The position numbers and the translations under genes are program-made. Positions 8,310 to 16,618 of a stretch of DNA of 32,000 bases are shown here, piece by piece (positions within the stretch are counted from its first letter, which is position 1; each line of letters begins with the position of its first letter). This DNA comes from Nitrosopumilus maritimus SCM1. GTDB lineage: Archaea > Thermoproteota > Nitrososphaeria > Nitrososphaerales > Nitrosopumilaceae. The DNA lies in assembly GCF_000018465.1 (NCBI RefSeq), contig NC_010085.1, positions 480,001-512,000 on the forward strand. The letters are read 5' to 3'. The notes under the pieces were generated by a model, which was given only the letters and a program-made list of their open reading frames with translations, was not told the origin of the DNA and did no database searches.

Positions 8310-9578
8310 TTATTCTGGTTGAATTCTTGCTCCAATCCTATTCATCTCTTCGACGAAATCTGGATAAGAAACTTGGACTGATTCAGGATCTGTTACAACA
8401 CAATTTCCAACATACATTCCTGCAATACAAAACGCCATGAATAGTCTGTGGTCATTTTCAGAATTTAATTCTGCACCGGTAAGATTCTCTGTTGATTCTA
8501 AAATCAAACCATCTTCATTTTCTTGAACTTTAATTCCAAGTTTAACTAACTCTCTTGATGTTATTGCAATTCTGTCTGTCTCTTTTAGTCTTGCATGTTT
8601 TACATTTACAATCTCAATTGGATTTTCTGAATTTAATGCAAGTATTGTTAGTGGTGGTAAAAGATCTGGAGAATTACTCAAATCAAATCTTCCTCCTTTT
8701 AGTTTTTCAGGAGATTTGATTTTAATTTCATCTTCTCCAATATTTACAGTTACTCCTAATTGCTCTAGTATGTCAATAAAGACTTCATCCCCTTGTGGTA
8801 AATTTCCAATATTTCCTTTGATTACAGTTTCATCTCCATTAAGTACTGCTGCTGATAACAATAATGCAAGACTAGAAAAATCAATTGGAACTGTAAATGT
8901 TGCCGCATTGTAAACTTGAGGTGAAATGTTGTATCTTTTATATGGAATTAATGTTTGTACGCTTACTCCAAACTTTCTCATAGTTGCAATGGTGGCATCA
9001 AGATATGGTTTTGATACTAGATTATCTTTAATTGAAAGATTGATTCCCTTTTCAGTCAATGGCGCACTGATTAATAATGCAGAAATGAATTGACTAGAAA
9101 AGTTTCCTGGAATTGTAACATCTCCACCTGAAATCTTTCCTGTAATTTTGATTGGTGGTTTTCCATCAGTTGATTGGCATTGTGCTCCAATACTTGATAG
9201 TGCGTCTAAGAGAGGCTGCATGGGTCTTTTTTGAAGACTCTCATCCCCTGTTAACGTAATCTCTTCTGAAAACAAACTAGCGATTCCTGAGGCTATTCTT
9301 ATTGTGGTTCCTGAATTTTCAGTATTGATTTCAGGCACGATTTTGTCAAATTTTATGGGATTTTTTACAATTATTGATGAATTTTCAATCTCAATGGATG
9401 CTCCAAATTTTTTACATGCTTCAACTGTTGCCATGGTGTCTGCTGATAATAGTACATTTTCCACCTTGCTGCCATTTCCTGCAAGTGATGCAAGAAATAT
9501 TGCTCTATGAGTATAGCTCTTGTTTGAAGGACAAACAATTTGTCCTGAAATTTTTGATTTTTCTACTTTACACTTCAT
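8310..9578 (-). CDS. aroA: 3-phosphoshikimate 1-carboxyvinyltransferase (EPSP synthase)
   Basis: The ORF-track frame extends to 9611. The ATG at 9578 gives MKCKVEKSKISGQIVCPSNKSYTHRAIFLASLA, the usual EPSP synthase opening (PxSKSxxHR). It overlaps the shikimate kinase stop by 11 nt. Confidence 0.92.
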   Translation of the reverse strand: MKCKVEKSKISGQIVCPSNKSYTHRAIFLASLAGNGSKVENVLLSADTMATVEACKKFGASIEIENSSIIVKNPIKFDKIVPEINTENSGTTIRIASGIASLFSEEITLTGDESLQKRPMQPLLDALSSIGAQCQSTDGKPPIKITGKISGGDVTIPGNFSSQFISALLISAPLTEKGINLSIKDNLVSKPYLDATIATMRKFGVSVQTLIPYKRYNISPQVYNAATFTVPIDFSSLALLLSAAVLNGDETVIKGNIGNLPQGDEVFIDILEQLGVTVNIGEDEIKIKSPEKLKGGRFDLSNSPDLLPPLTILALNSENPIEIVNVKHARLKETDRIAITSRELVKLGIKVQENEDGLILESTENLTGAELNSENDHRLFMAFCIAGMYVGNCVVTDPESVQVSYPDFVEEMNRIGARIQPE

Positions 9579-10422
9579 GTACTTCAGCCTTTTTGTTACT
9601 GACTTTTGCAACTATAATTTTTCCTTCTAATGACGAAAATGCTTTTTTGATATTGGATTCATTTTCTTTCTTTGTAATTGCTGCAATTGCTGGACCGTTT
9701 CCTGAAACCGATGCTCCTAAAGCTCCTCGTTCAATTAATCCTGTTATCACATCTGGATTTGAGCTAAGAATTGATGCTGTAGCCAATCCGTTAATTATCA
9801 TTGCTTCCCAATAGTTTGCTTTCTTTGCTAAATCCCAAGCATGATCAAAAACTGATGATAACACTTTGAGTTTTTTTAGATTTCCGCGTTTTCTATTTTT
9901 TGGAATAAATATCACTGCAATCAAATTTGAAGGGCCTTTTTCAAAACTCATTCTTTTCTTTTTTGCATTATCTGTCACATTAAATCCACCATAATAGCAT
10001 GAGCATGCATCATCATATGCTCCAGTAATACTTACTTTGGATTCTATTGATGCATCAACTCCTGCAAGTAGAATTTGTTGATCAGTGAATTTAGATTTGA
10101 AAATTTTTGCACATCCCAATGCGACTGCAGAAGATATTGCACTAGAACTCTTCAATCCATATCCTGTAGGAATTTCTGAATCTAATGTGATGGTTATTTT
10201 GTTTTTCTCAAGGTCTTTTTTTGAAACAATTTTTTCAACTGTTTTGTTGATTAATCTAGAACTGAGTGTTTTGTTTTCTGATTGAATTACTATGCCTTTT
10301 CCCGGAGTTGTCTCTACTATGGCTTCAACCTTTAGGTCTATTCCTAGAGTTGCCCCTTTTTGATTTGCGATTGCATTTACTATTGAAACTGCACCATGAA
10401 CCGTTGCTTTTGCTTTTGCCAT
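9568..10422 (-). CDS. aroK: archaeal GHMP-family shikimate kinase
   Basis: 284 aa with the GHMP kinase motif IPTGYGLKSSSAISSA. It sits between aroE and aroA. Confidence 0.85.
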   Translation of the reverse strand: MAKAKATVHGAVSIVNAIANQKGATLGIDLKVEAIVETTPGKGIVIQSENKTLSSRLINKTVEKIVSKKDLEKNKITITLDSEIPTGYGLKSSSAISSAVALGCAKIFKSKFTDQQILLAGVDASIESKVSITGAYDDACSCYYGGFNVTDNAKKKRMSFEKGPSNLIAVIFIPKNRKRGNLKKLKVLSSVFDHAWDLAKKANYWEAMIINGLATASILSSNPDVITGLIERGALGASVSGNGPAIAAITKKENESNIKKAFSSLEGKIIVAKVSNKKAEVHEV

Positions 10423-11243
10423 CAGAATCCTCCTAACAATGCTTTTTTCATGGCATTATAAGGTGCTTCCATGCCGTGCCAAATCTCAAACGCTCTGACT
10501 GCCTGACCTAATAGCATCTCATATCCAAAAATTATAGTGGCGTTTTTTTCTTTTGCTTTTTTTAGAAAATCTGTATTCATTGGCAAATACACAATATCAT
10601 ACACCACTGTTTTTTCATTAACTCCTTCAAATGATATTGGGCTAGATTCATTTTGCAATCCTATTGATGTTGCATTTACAATAATGTTGTAATCTTTTGC
10701 AGATTCTCCAACTTGGTCTATAGTTATGGCATTTGCATCAAGACTGATTTTTTTTGCAAATTCTACTAGATTATTTGCTTTTTCTATTGTTCTATTTGCA
10801 ATTGTAATGCTTTTTGCTTTTTCTTTTGCAAACCCAGCTACAATTGCTCTTGCAGCACCTCCTGCACCTAACAAAAGTACATTGGAGTTTTCAATCTCTA
10901 TATTTCGTTTCTTTAATGGCTCTAGAAAACCATCCATATCTGTATTGTATCCTTTTAGCACTCCGTCATTGCTTACAACAGTATTTACTGCACCAATCAA
11001 ACTACAAGACTCGTCAATTTTATCCAAATATTTCATCATTTCAATTTTGTGAGGAATAGTTACATTGAATCCTGCAATTTGGATTTTTTTCAAACCTTCA
11101 ATTCCTTCACCTAACTCATCTTTTGGAATTCTATATGCAATGTATGAGCAATCTAGATTTAATTCTCTAAATGCTGCACTGTGGATGTTTGGTGATAAAG
11201 AATGATCAATTGGATCTCCAATAACTGCAAATGTCTTTCCCAT
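10422..11243 (-). CDS. aroE: shikimate 5-dehydrogenase
   Basis: 273 aa with VIGDPIDHSLSPNIHSAAF and the NAD(P)-binding LLLGAGGAARAI. Confidence 0.92.
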   Translation of the reverse strand: MGKTFAVIGDPIDHSLSPNIHSAAFRELNLDCSYIAYRIPKDELGEGIEGLKKIQIAGFNVTIPHKIEMMKYLDKIDESCSLIGAVNTVVSNDGVLKGYNTDMDGFLEPLKKRNIEIENSNVLLLGAGGAARAIVAGFAKEKAKSITIANRTIEKANNLVEFAKKISLDANAITIDQVGESAKDYNIIVNATSIGLQNESSPISFEGVNEKTVVYDIVYLPMNTDFLKKAKEKNATIIFGYEMLLGQAVRAFEIWHGMEAPYNAMKKALLGGF

Positions 11244-11291
11244 AATATCATCGCGTAATATGATTGATTTAAACTCTAATTGTTATGATGA

Positions 11292-11963
11292 TTATTTTTT
11301 CAAGTTAGTGATTTTATTTACTTCGTCAACACTGAACTGACCTGGTGCAACTGGCTTTCCTAGAGAGACATACGTGTATGGACTGCCCAAATACAGGCAC
11401 AAAATCCTTGAAATTCTGCCAAAATCGCCCATTGCAAATGAGATTAGGTTGTTTTTTCCTTTCTTGCTGTATAACTCAAGCATTCTTGTTGAATCATCAG
11501 TTGATTTTGCTGTGCTGACAATTTTTACAAAATTTGAGAATTTACTCATCTGATTCATTTTCTTTTTTAACTCTGCAGAACTTGGAGTTTTCTTAAAGTC
11601 ATGCCATGAAACAAGTAGTTTTGTTTTTGTTGATTTTAGATATTTTACTAGTGATGAATTTCGTTTCAGAGTGTTAAACTCTACATCAAGTAAATACGGA
11701 TTATACTCTGCAATCAGTTTTATTATTGCAATTCTTTCTTTTTCATTTCCTGGAAATTGACCTCCTTCAGTTTTTGGTCTTAAGGTACATACTGATTTTT
11801 TCAAATCTTTTTTGATTAGTTCTAATGTTTGTGGAATTTGTTCAATTTTTAGAAAATCAAATCTTATCTCAACAAAATCTGATTTTTTTAAAGCAATCTT
11901 TAATGTTTGTTTGACTTTGTTAGGTGTTTTTTCTGCAATTGATACACAAGTTTTGTACTTCAT
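11292..11963 (-). CDS. aroD: 3-dehydroquinate dehydratase, type I
   Basis: 223 aa. Its size and position (between DHQ synthase II and aroE) fit, and it has the type I-like pattern (..VEIRFDFL.., ..SWHDF..). Confidence 0.8.
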   Translation of the reverse strand: MKYKTCVSIAEKTPNKVKQTLKIALKKSDFVEIRFDFLKIEQIPQTLELIKKDLKKSVCTLRPKTEGGQFPGNEKERIAIIKLIAEYNPYLLDVEFNTLKRNSSLVKYLKSTKTKLLVSWHDFKKTPSSAELKKKMNQMSKFSNFVKIVSTAKSTDDSTRMLELYSKKGKNNLISFAMGDFGRISRILCLYLGSPYTYVSLGKPVAPGQFSVDEVNKITNLKK

Positions 11964-11964
11964 C

Positions 11965-13026
11965 TTATTTTTCTAAAATATATTCATCTGAAACTTCCAT
12001 ACCAAAATGTCTGCCTGTTGCAGGTTTTGAGTGGACCATTACTGTGTCTCCTTTCTTAAGATGTGTAACTGATACTAGTTGTCCATTTGGTTTTACAAAA
12101 CGAATTGTCTCTGCATCTTGTGCAATTATTCCACCTATCTCTCCTCCGGCCTTTGCTTTGATCATTAGCATTGGTCTTCTCTCAATCTTTGATCTTCCTA
12201 CGGTTGCTCTCCTTGCCTTTCCTTTAGAATTTAGAATTAATACTTCTGAGCCTGTTTCTACCTCTGACAAATAGTTGGTTGTTCCATCTGGAGATAGCGT
12301 GTAGCAGTGTACTGCACCTGCATTGACTCTAAATGGTCTTGGTGATGTAAATGATGATCCAACTGATTCATTATGGACTAAAAACAAAAAGTTTGATCTA
12401 CTTCCAATTAACATTCCTTCTCCTTTGTGAAGCATTGATGCAGTATCTACGCAAACTCTTTCACCATCTCCTACTTCTTTAATGTCAATAATTTTTGCAG
12501 GTTTCATATCGAAACTTCTGGTTCCCAAGTAAACCATGGCTTCTCTTACTTCGTTAATTGATGATGTGTTGAAAATTACCCCATCTACTCCTACTTCTAG
12601 AATTGAAAACATCTTTCTGACCTCTTCAGGTGTTCTTGCTACTGCAAAAATTTTGGTATGTATCTTGTGAAGCTTTGCAATAATGTTCTCTAATGGAATT
12701 ATTTTCCAGTCTTTAACTTCTACAACTACAAAATCTAGACCTTTTTTTGCAATAGTTAAGATATTTTCAATATCTGTATTTGATAACACTTCAAACTTTC
12801 TTCCAACTTTTTTGCCCTTTGGTTTTGTTGCATTTTCTTTTTCAAGAACCACATAGTTGGCATTGTTTGAAGGATAAACTGTTTGTAATTTTGTTTTTTT
12901 CTTTCCTAATTTTTTTGGATCAAGATATATCATTTTGATTCCTTCATCTTCTAATTGTGGCAAAAGTTTGGATAATTGTGCCTGAGAACCTTTTGGGGCA
13001 ATAATTAATTCTCTACTCTTACTCAA
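11965..13026 (-). CDS. aroB': 3-dehydroquinate synthase II (archaeal, ADH-dependent)
   Basis: 353 aa. There is no similarity to bacterial AroB motifs. It overlaps the ADH-synthase gene by 8 nt and abuts aroD. This arrangement and size are typical of the archaeal DHQS-II family. Confidence 0.8.
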   Translation of the reverse strand: MSKSRELIIAPKGSQAQLSKLLPQLEDEGIKMIYLDPKKLGKKKTKLQTVYPSNNANYVVLEKENATKPKGKKVGRKFEVLSNTDIENILTIAKKGLDFVVVEVKDWKIIPLENIIAKLHKIHTKIFAVARTPEEVRKMFSILEVGVDGVIFNTSSINEVREAMVYLGTRSFDMKPAKIIDIKEVGDGERVCVDTASMLHKGEGMLIGSRSNFLFLVHNESVGSSFTSPRPFRVNAGAVHCYTLSPDGTTNYLSEVETGSEVLILNSKGKARRATVGRSKIERRPMLMIKAKAGGEIGGIIAQDAETIRFVKPNGQLVSVTHLKKGDTVMVHSKPATGRHFGMEVSDEYILEK

Positions 13027-13801
13027 TTTTCTTCATTGCTTCCTTTGCTGTACCTTTTCTGAAAATTATTTCGGCTAGTGCTTCTACCATTTTTTCAGGT
13101 GCTTTATGTGCAAAGATGTTTCTTCCATATGTGACACCTTTTGCTCCTGCTGCTATGGCATCTTCAGTCATTTGAAGAATATCTAAATCTGTTTTTGCTT
13201 TTGGTCCGCCTGCAATTACAATTGGAACTGGTGTACTCTTTACAACTTTTGAAAATGAATCAATGTCTCCTGTGTACAATGTCTTAACAATATCTGCTCC
13301 ACATTCTGCTCCAATTCTTGCAACATGTGCAACAACTTCAGGATCATGTGGGTCTTTGATGTTTTCTCCTCTTGGATACATCATTGCTAAGAGTGGCATT
13401 CCCCATCTGTGACATTGATCTGCTGTTAATCCTAATTGTTCTAACATTTCAGGTTCTTCTTTTCCTCCAATGTTGATGTGTAATGAAACACCGTCTGCTC
13501 CTAATGCAACTGCTTCTTTTACAGTACCTGTGAGCATTTTTCGATTTGGTGATAATGATAATGCAGTGCTACTTGAAAAATGAACTAAAACTCCGACTTT
13601 GGGTGGTTTTGGTAATGATTTGATAATTCCTTTGTTAATTATTACACTTGTAAGGCCGTGACCTTCACATTTGTAAATTGTTGATGCTGGGTCTTCAAGA
13701 CCCTCAATAGGACCATTTGAAATTCCATGGTCCATTGGAATACATAACATCTTTCCTTTTCTAAGAATTCGATTAAGTCTAATTTGGTTACCTGATACCA
13801 T
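13019..13801 (-). CDS. aroA': 2-amino-3,7-dideoxy-D-threo-hept-6-ulosonate (ADH) synthase, DhnA-type class I aldolase
   Basis: 260 aa. It has a DhnA/FbaB-type aldolase pattern ([12 protein letters not shown] ... VKTLYTG ... VVIAGGPK). It is the first gene of the shikimate string. Confidence 0.8.
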   Translation of the reverse strand: MVSGNQIRLNRILRKGKMLCIPMDHGISNGPIEGLEDPASTIYKCEGHGLTSVIINKGIIKSLPKPPKVGVLVHFSSSTALSLSPNRKMLTGTVKEAVALGADGVSLHINIGGKEEPEMLEQLGLTADQCHRWGMPLLAMMYPRGENIKDPHDPEVVAHVARIGAECGADIVKTLYTGDIDSFSKVVKSTPVPIVIAGGPKAKTDLDILQMTEDAIAAGAKGVTYGRNIFAHKAPEKMVEALAEIIFRKGTAKEAMKKIE

Positions 13802-13935
13802 GAGTGGATCTGCTTTTTGTGCCCTACTTAAAAATAACGTGAACCATTAATCTCAAATTCATTGAAATTTGAGCACAAAACCTCAAAGTTTTTTCTATCA
13901 AGGATTAAATAGAATTTCTAAAGGATGAAAGGCAA

Positions 13936-15054
13936 TTGAGTCAGACAACAGAACAATTAGAAAAAAGTGACATTAAAGATATTTTAGAAAATTCTCTTAA
14001 TGGAAAAAGACCTGGTCCTGAAGACTGTATGAGATTGTTGGAGTCTGATGATGTTCATCTAATGGGACTTGTATCTGGCCATTTGACAAGAAAGCAATTT
14101 GGAAAGAAAGCATCTTTTGTCAATAATATTATTTTGAATTACACCAATGTCTGTATTACTGACTGTAAGTTTTGTGCATTTTACAGATCACCTGGTGCTG
14201 ATGATTCTTACACTTTAACTTTGGAACAAATTGAATCACGTGTAAAAACCGCATGGGACATGTTTAAGATCCGACAGGTCTTGATTCAAGGTGGTCATAA
14301 CCCAAATCTGAAAATTGAATACTATGAAGATGCATTTAGAATGATTAGGGAGAAATTCCCTAAAGTTGGTGTACATGGATTGTCAACATCAGAAATTGAC
14401 ATGATTGCAAGAGTTGAAAAATCCTCAACAAAAGAAATTTTATCACGACTCAAAGACGCAGGTTTACAATCAATGCCTGGTGCAGGAGCTGAAATCTTGA
14501 CTGACTCTGTTAAAGAAATCATTAGTCCAAAGAAAATCTCTAGTGATGCTTGGATTAGAATCATGAATGAAGCTCATTCACTTGGAATTCCATCTTCTGC
14601 AACAATGATGTACGGACATGTGGAAAACAAAAATGACATTGTTGAACACTTTTTCAAACTTGTAAAATTACAAGAAAAAACCAAAGGATTCATGGCATTT
14701 ATCCCTTGGAACTTTGAGCCAAACAATACTTTGATGCATGAAGAGGGATTAGTTGAATATGGTACTGGTGGAATTCAACTCTTGAAAATGATTGCAATCT
14801 CTAGATTAATCTTTGATGGACTTATACCTCACATACAATCCTCATGGCTGACAAATGGTATCGGTATGGCACAACTAGCTTTACAGTATGGCGCTGATGA
14901 CTTTGGTGGTACTCTAATTGGAGAAGAAGTAGTTTCATGTACTGGCGCACGCTCAACTGAACTTACTGATAAAATAATCATGGATGCAATTCATCAAATT
15001 GGTTATTCAGTTGAAGAGAGAGATAATTTCTATAATCCTATTTCTGTATCATAG
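13936..15054 (+). CDS. radical SAM enzyme of the MqnC/MqnE/CofH family (probable futalosine-pathway menaquinone biosynthesis)
   Basis: 372 aa with a TTG start. The cluster motif is NYTNVCITDCKFCAFYR (Cx3Cx2C). It is convergent with, and 6 nt overlapping, a UbiD-family decarboxylase. The choice between Mqn and CofH cannot be settled by eye. Confidence 0.75.
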   Translation: MSQTTEQLEKSDIKDILENSLNGKRPGPEDCMRLLESDDVHLMGLVSGHLTRKQFGKKASFVNNIILNYTNVCITDCKFCAFYRSPGADDSYTLTLEQIESRVKTAWDMFKIRQVLIQGGHNPNLKIEYYEDAFRMIREKFPKVGVHGLSTSEIDMIARVEKSSTKEILSRLKDAGLQSMPGAGAEILTDSVKEIISPKKISSDAWIRIMNEAHSLGIPSSATMMYGHVENKNDIVEHFFKLVKLQEKTKGFMAFIPWNFEPNNTLMHEEGLVEYGTGGIQLLKMIAISRLIFDGLIPHIQSSWLTNGIGMAQLALQYGADDFGGTLIGEEVVSCTGARSTELTDKIIMDAIHQIGYSVEERDNFYNPISVS

Positions 15055-16491
15055 TCCATAATCAGACCATTTAGAATCAACTAGATTTTTTGTTTCTTCA
15101 TCAACTTTTACTTGTTGTTGAATCTCTCTTTCATATCCTTCTTCTTTTGTTTTCTGTGTTGCATCAATTCCCATCTTAGAACCTAGATTGACAAGTGGTG
15201 ATGCTGGATCCAGTGTATCTGTTGGAGCATTATTGATTATTGTAGTGTCTCTTGCTGCATCTGCTCTTGTTGTAATTGCCCAAATCACATCATTGATGTC
15301 ATGAACATTGATGTCTTCATCAACTACTACAAACATCTTTGTTAGTGATAACTGCCCCATTCCCCATAATCCCATCATCACTTTTTTTGCTTGACCTGGG
15401 TATCTCTTTTTGATTGAAATTATTGCAAATCCTTGGAACCAACCAGCAGCTGGCATACTGAAATCAACTACTTCTGGATGGAACATCTGAATTAGTGGTA
15501 AGAATGAGCGTTCGATTACTTTTCCAATATATGCATCCTCTAGAATTGGTTTTCCAACTACTGTTGTAACATAGATTGGATTCTTTCTTCTCATAATTCC
15601 TGTTAGTGTGAAAGTTGGATATGGTTCAACTGGTGTATAGTATCCTGTATGATCTCCAAATGGTCCTTCATCTCTGATGTCTGCTGGATCTACGTATCCT
15701 TCCAAAACAATTTCTGCATTTGCTGGAACATCCAAATCAATTGTTTTGCATTTTACAGTTTTGATACCTTCTTTTCGTGTAATTCCTGCAAACAAGTATT
15801 TGTCTAGTCCTTCTGGCACTGGAGCAATTGATGAAAATACTGTTGCAGGTTCTCCACCAATAATTATTGCAGTTGGAATTTTCTCTCCCTTGTCTTTTGA
15901 AATATCTCCGTGATGAGCTCCTCTCTTGTGTTTTTGCCAATGCATTAATGCATGTGTCTTGTCTACAATCTGCATTCTATATACTCCAAGATTCCTAACT
16001 CCTGTTTCTGGATGCTTTGTTGCAACCAGTCCTAATGTGATGAATCGTCCTGCATCATTTGGCCAAGATTTCAAAATTGGCAAATCATCAAATGATGCAT
16101 CAGTAGATGTAGTTTCAGTTACTGGTCCACTAACTTCTGATTTAGGAAACGATGCAGTCATCTTTGAGAGTTCTGGAAGTTTTTTTATTTTGTTTAACAA
16201 ACCTGATGGCACATCCATCTTTGTCATATCTGCAATGCGTTGTCCGATTTCAGTAAAGTCTGTCATTTCAAGTCCTATCTCTAATCTTTTCATAGAACCA
16301 AACGCATTTCCTAAAACTGGCATATCGTAATCTTTTACATCTTCAAAAAGAATTGCAGGTCCGTTTGAATACATCTCTCTTCTCATGATTTCTGCAATTT
16401 CTAAATTAGAGTCCACTTGTGTCTTGACTCTCTTTAATTCTCCATTTTTTTCAAGTTCTGAGATAAACTCTTGAATGTCTTCTATTGGCAC
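15049..16491 (-). CDS. UbiD-family (prenyl-FMN dependent) decarboxylase, menaquinone-biosynthesis type
   Basis: 480 aa with a GTG start. The N-terminus DIQEFISELEKNGELKRVKTQVDSNLEIAEIMRR and overall length are typical of the UbiD family. Confidence 0.85.
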   Translation of the reverse strand: MPIEDIQEFISELEKNGELKRVKTQVDSNLEIAEIMRREMYSNGPAILFEDVKDYDMPVLGNAFGSMKRLEIGLEMTDFTEIGQRIADMTKMDVPSGLLNKIKKLPELSKMTASFPKSEVSGPVTETTSTDASFDDLPILKSWPNDAGRFITLGLVATKHPETGVRNLGVYRMQIVDKTHALMHWQKHKRGAHHGDISKDKGEKIPTAIIIGGEPATVFSSIAPVPEGLDKYLFAGITRKEGIKTVKCKTIDLDVPANAEIVLEGYVDPADIRDEGPFGDHTGYYTPVEPYPTFTLTGIMRRKNPIYVTTVVGKPILEDAYIGKVIERSFLPLIQMFHPEVVDFSMPAAGWFQGFAIISIKKRYPGQAKKVMMGLWGMGQLSLTKMFVVVDEDINVHDINDVIWAITTRADAARDTTIINNAPTDTLDPASPLVNLGSKMGIDATQKTKEEGYEREIQQQVKVDEETKNLVDSKWSDYGL

Positions 16492-16500
16492 ATTAATTCT

Positions 16501-16533
16501 GAATCCAGTTCAAGTATAAGCTTAACTGGATTC
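16501..16533. promoter_or_regulatory. perfect 10-bp inverted repeat with 13-nt spacer in the divergent UbiD/sensor promoter region
   Basis: gaatccagtt (16501-16510) and aactggattc (16524-16533) are exact reverse complements. The spacer caagtataagctt contains a TATA-like tataag and an AAGCTT palindrome. The repeat begins 10 nt upstream of the UbiD GTG. Confidence 0.25.
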
Positions 16534-16618
16534 CATGAATAAATTCTTGAATTGTTTTTATTTTTTTATTAAATAATTCTCTCAAAGTACATAATAGATT
16601 CTATATCTTAGAAATTAC

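Noticed and set aside
13852-13873. 8-bp inverted repeat ctcaaatt-N6-aatttgag in the ADH synthase / radical SAM divergent region
   Set aside because: It is short and made almost entirely of A/T, so it is expected by chance in this composition. It is not reported as a feature.
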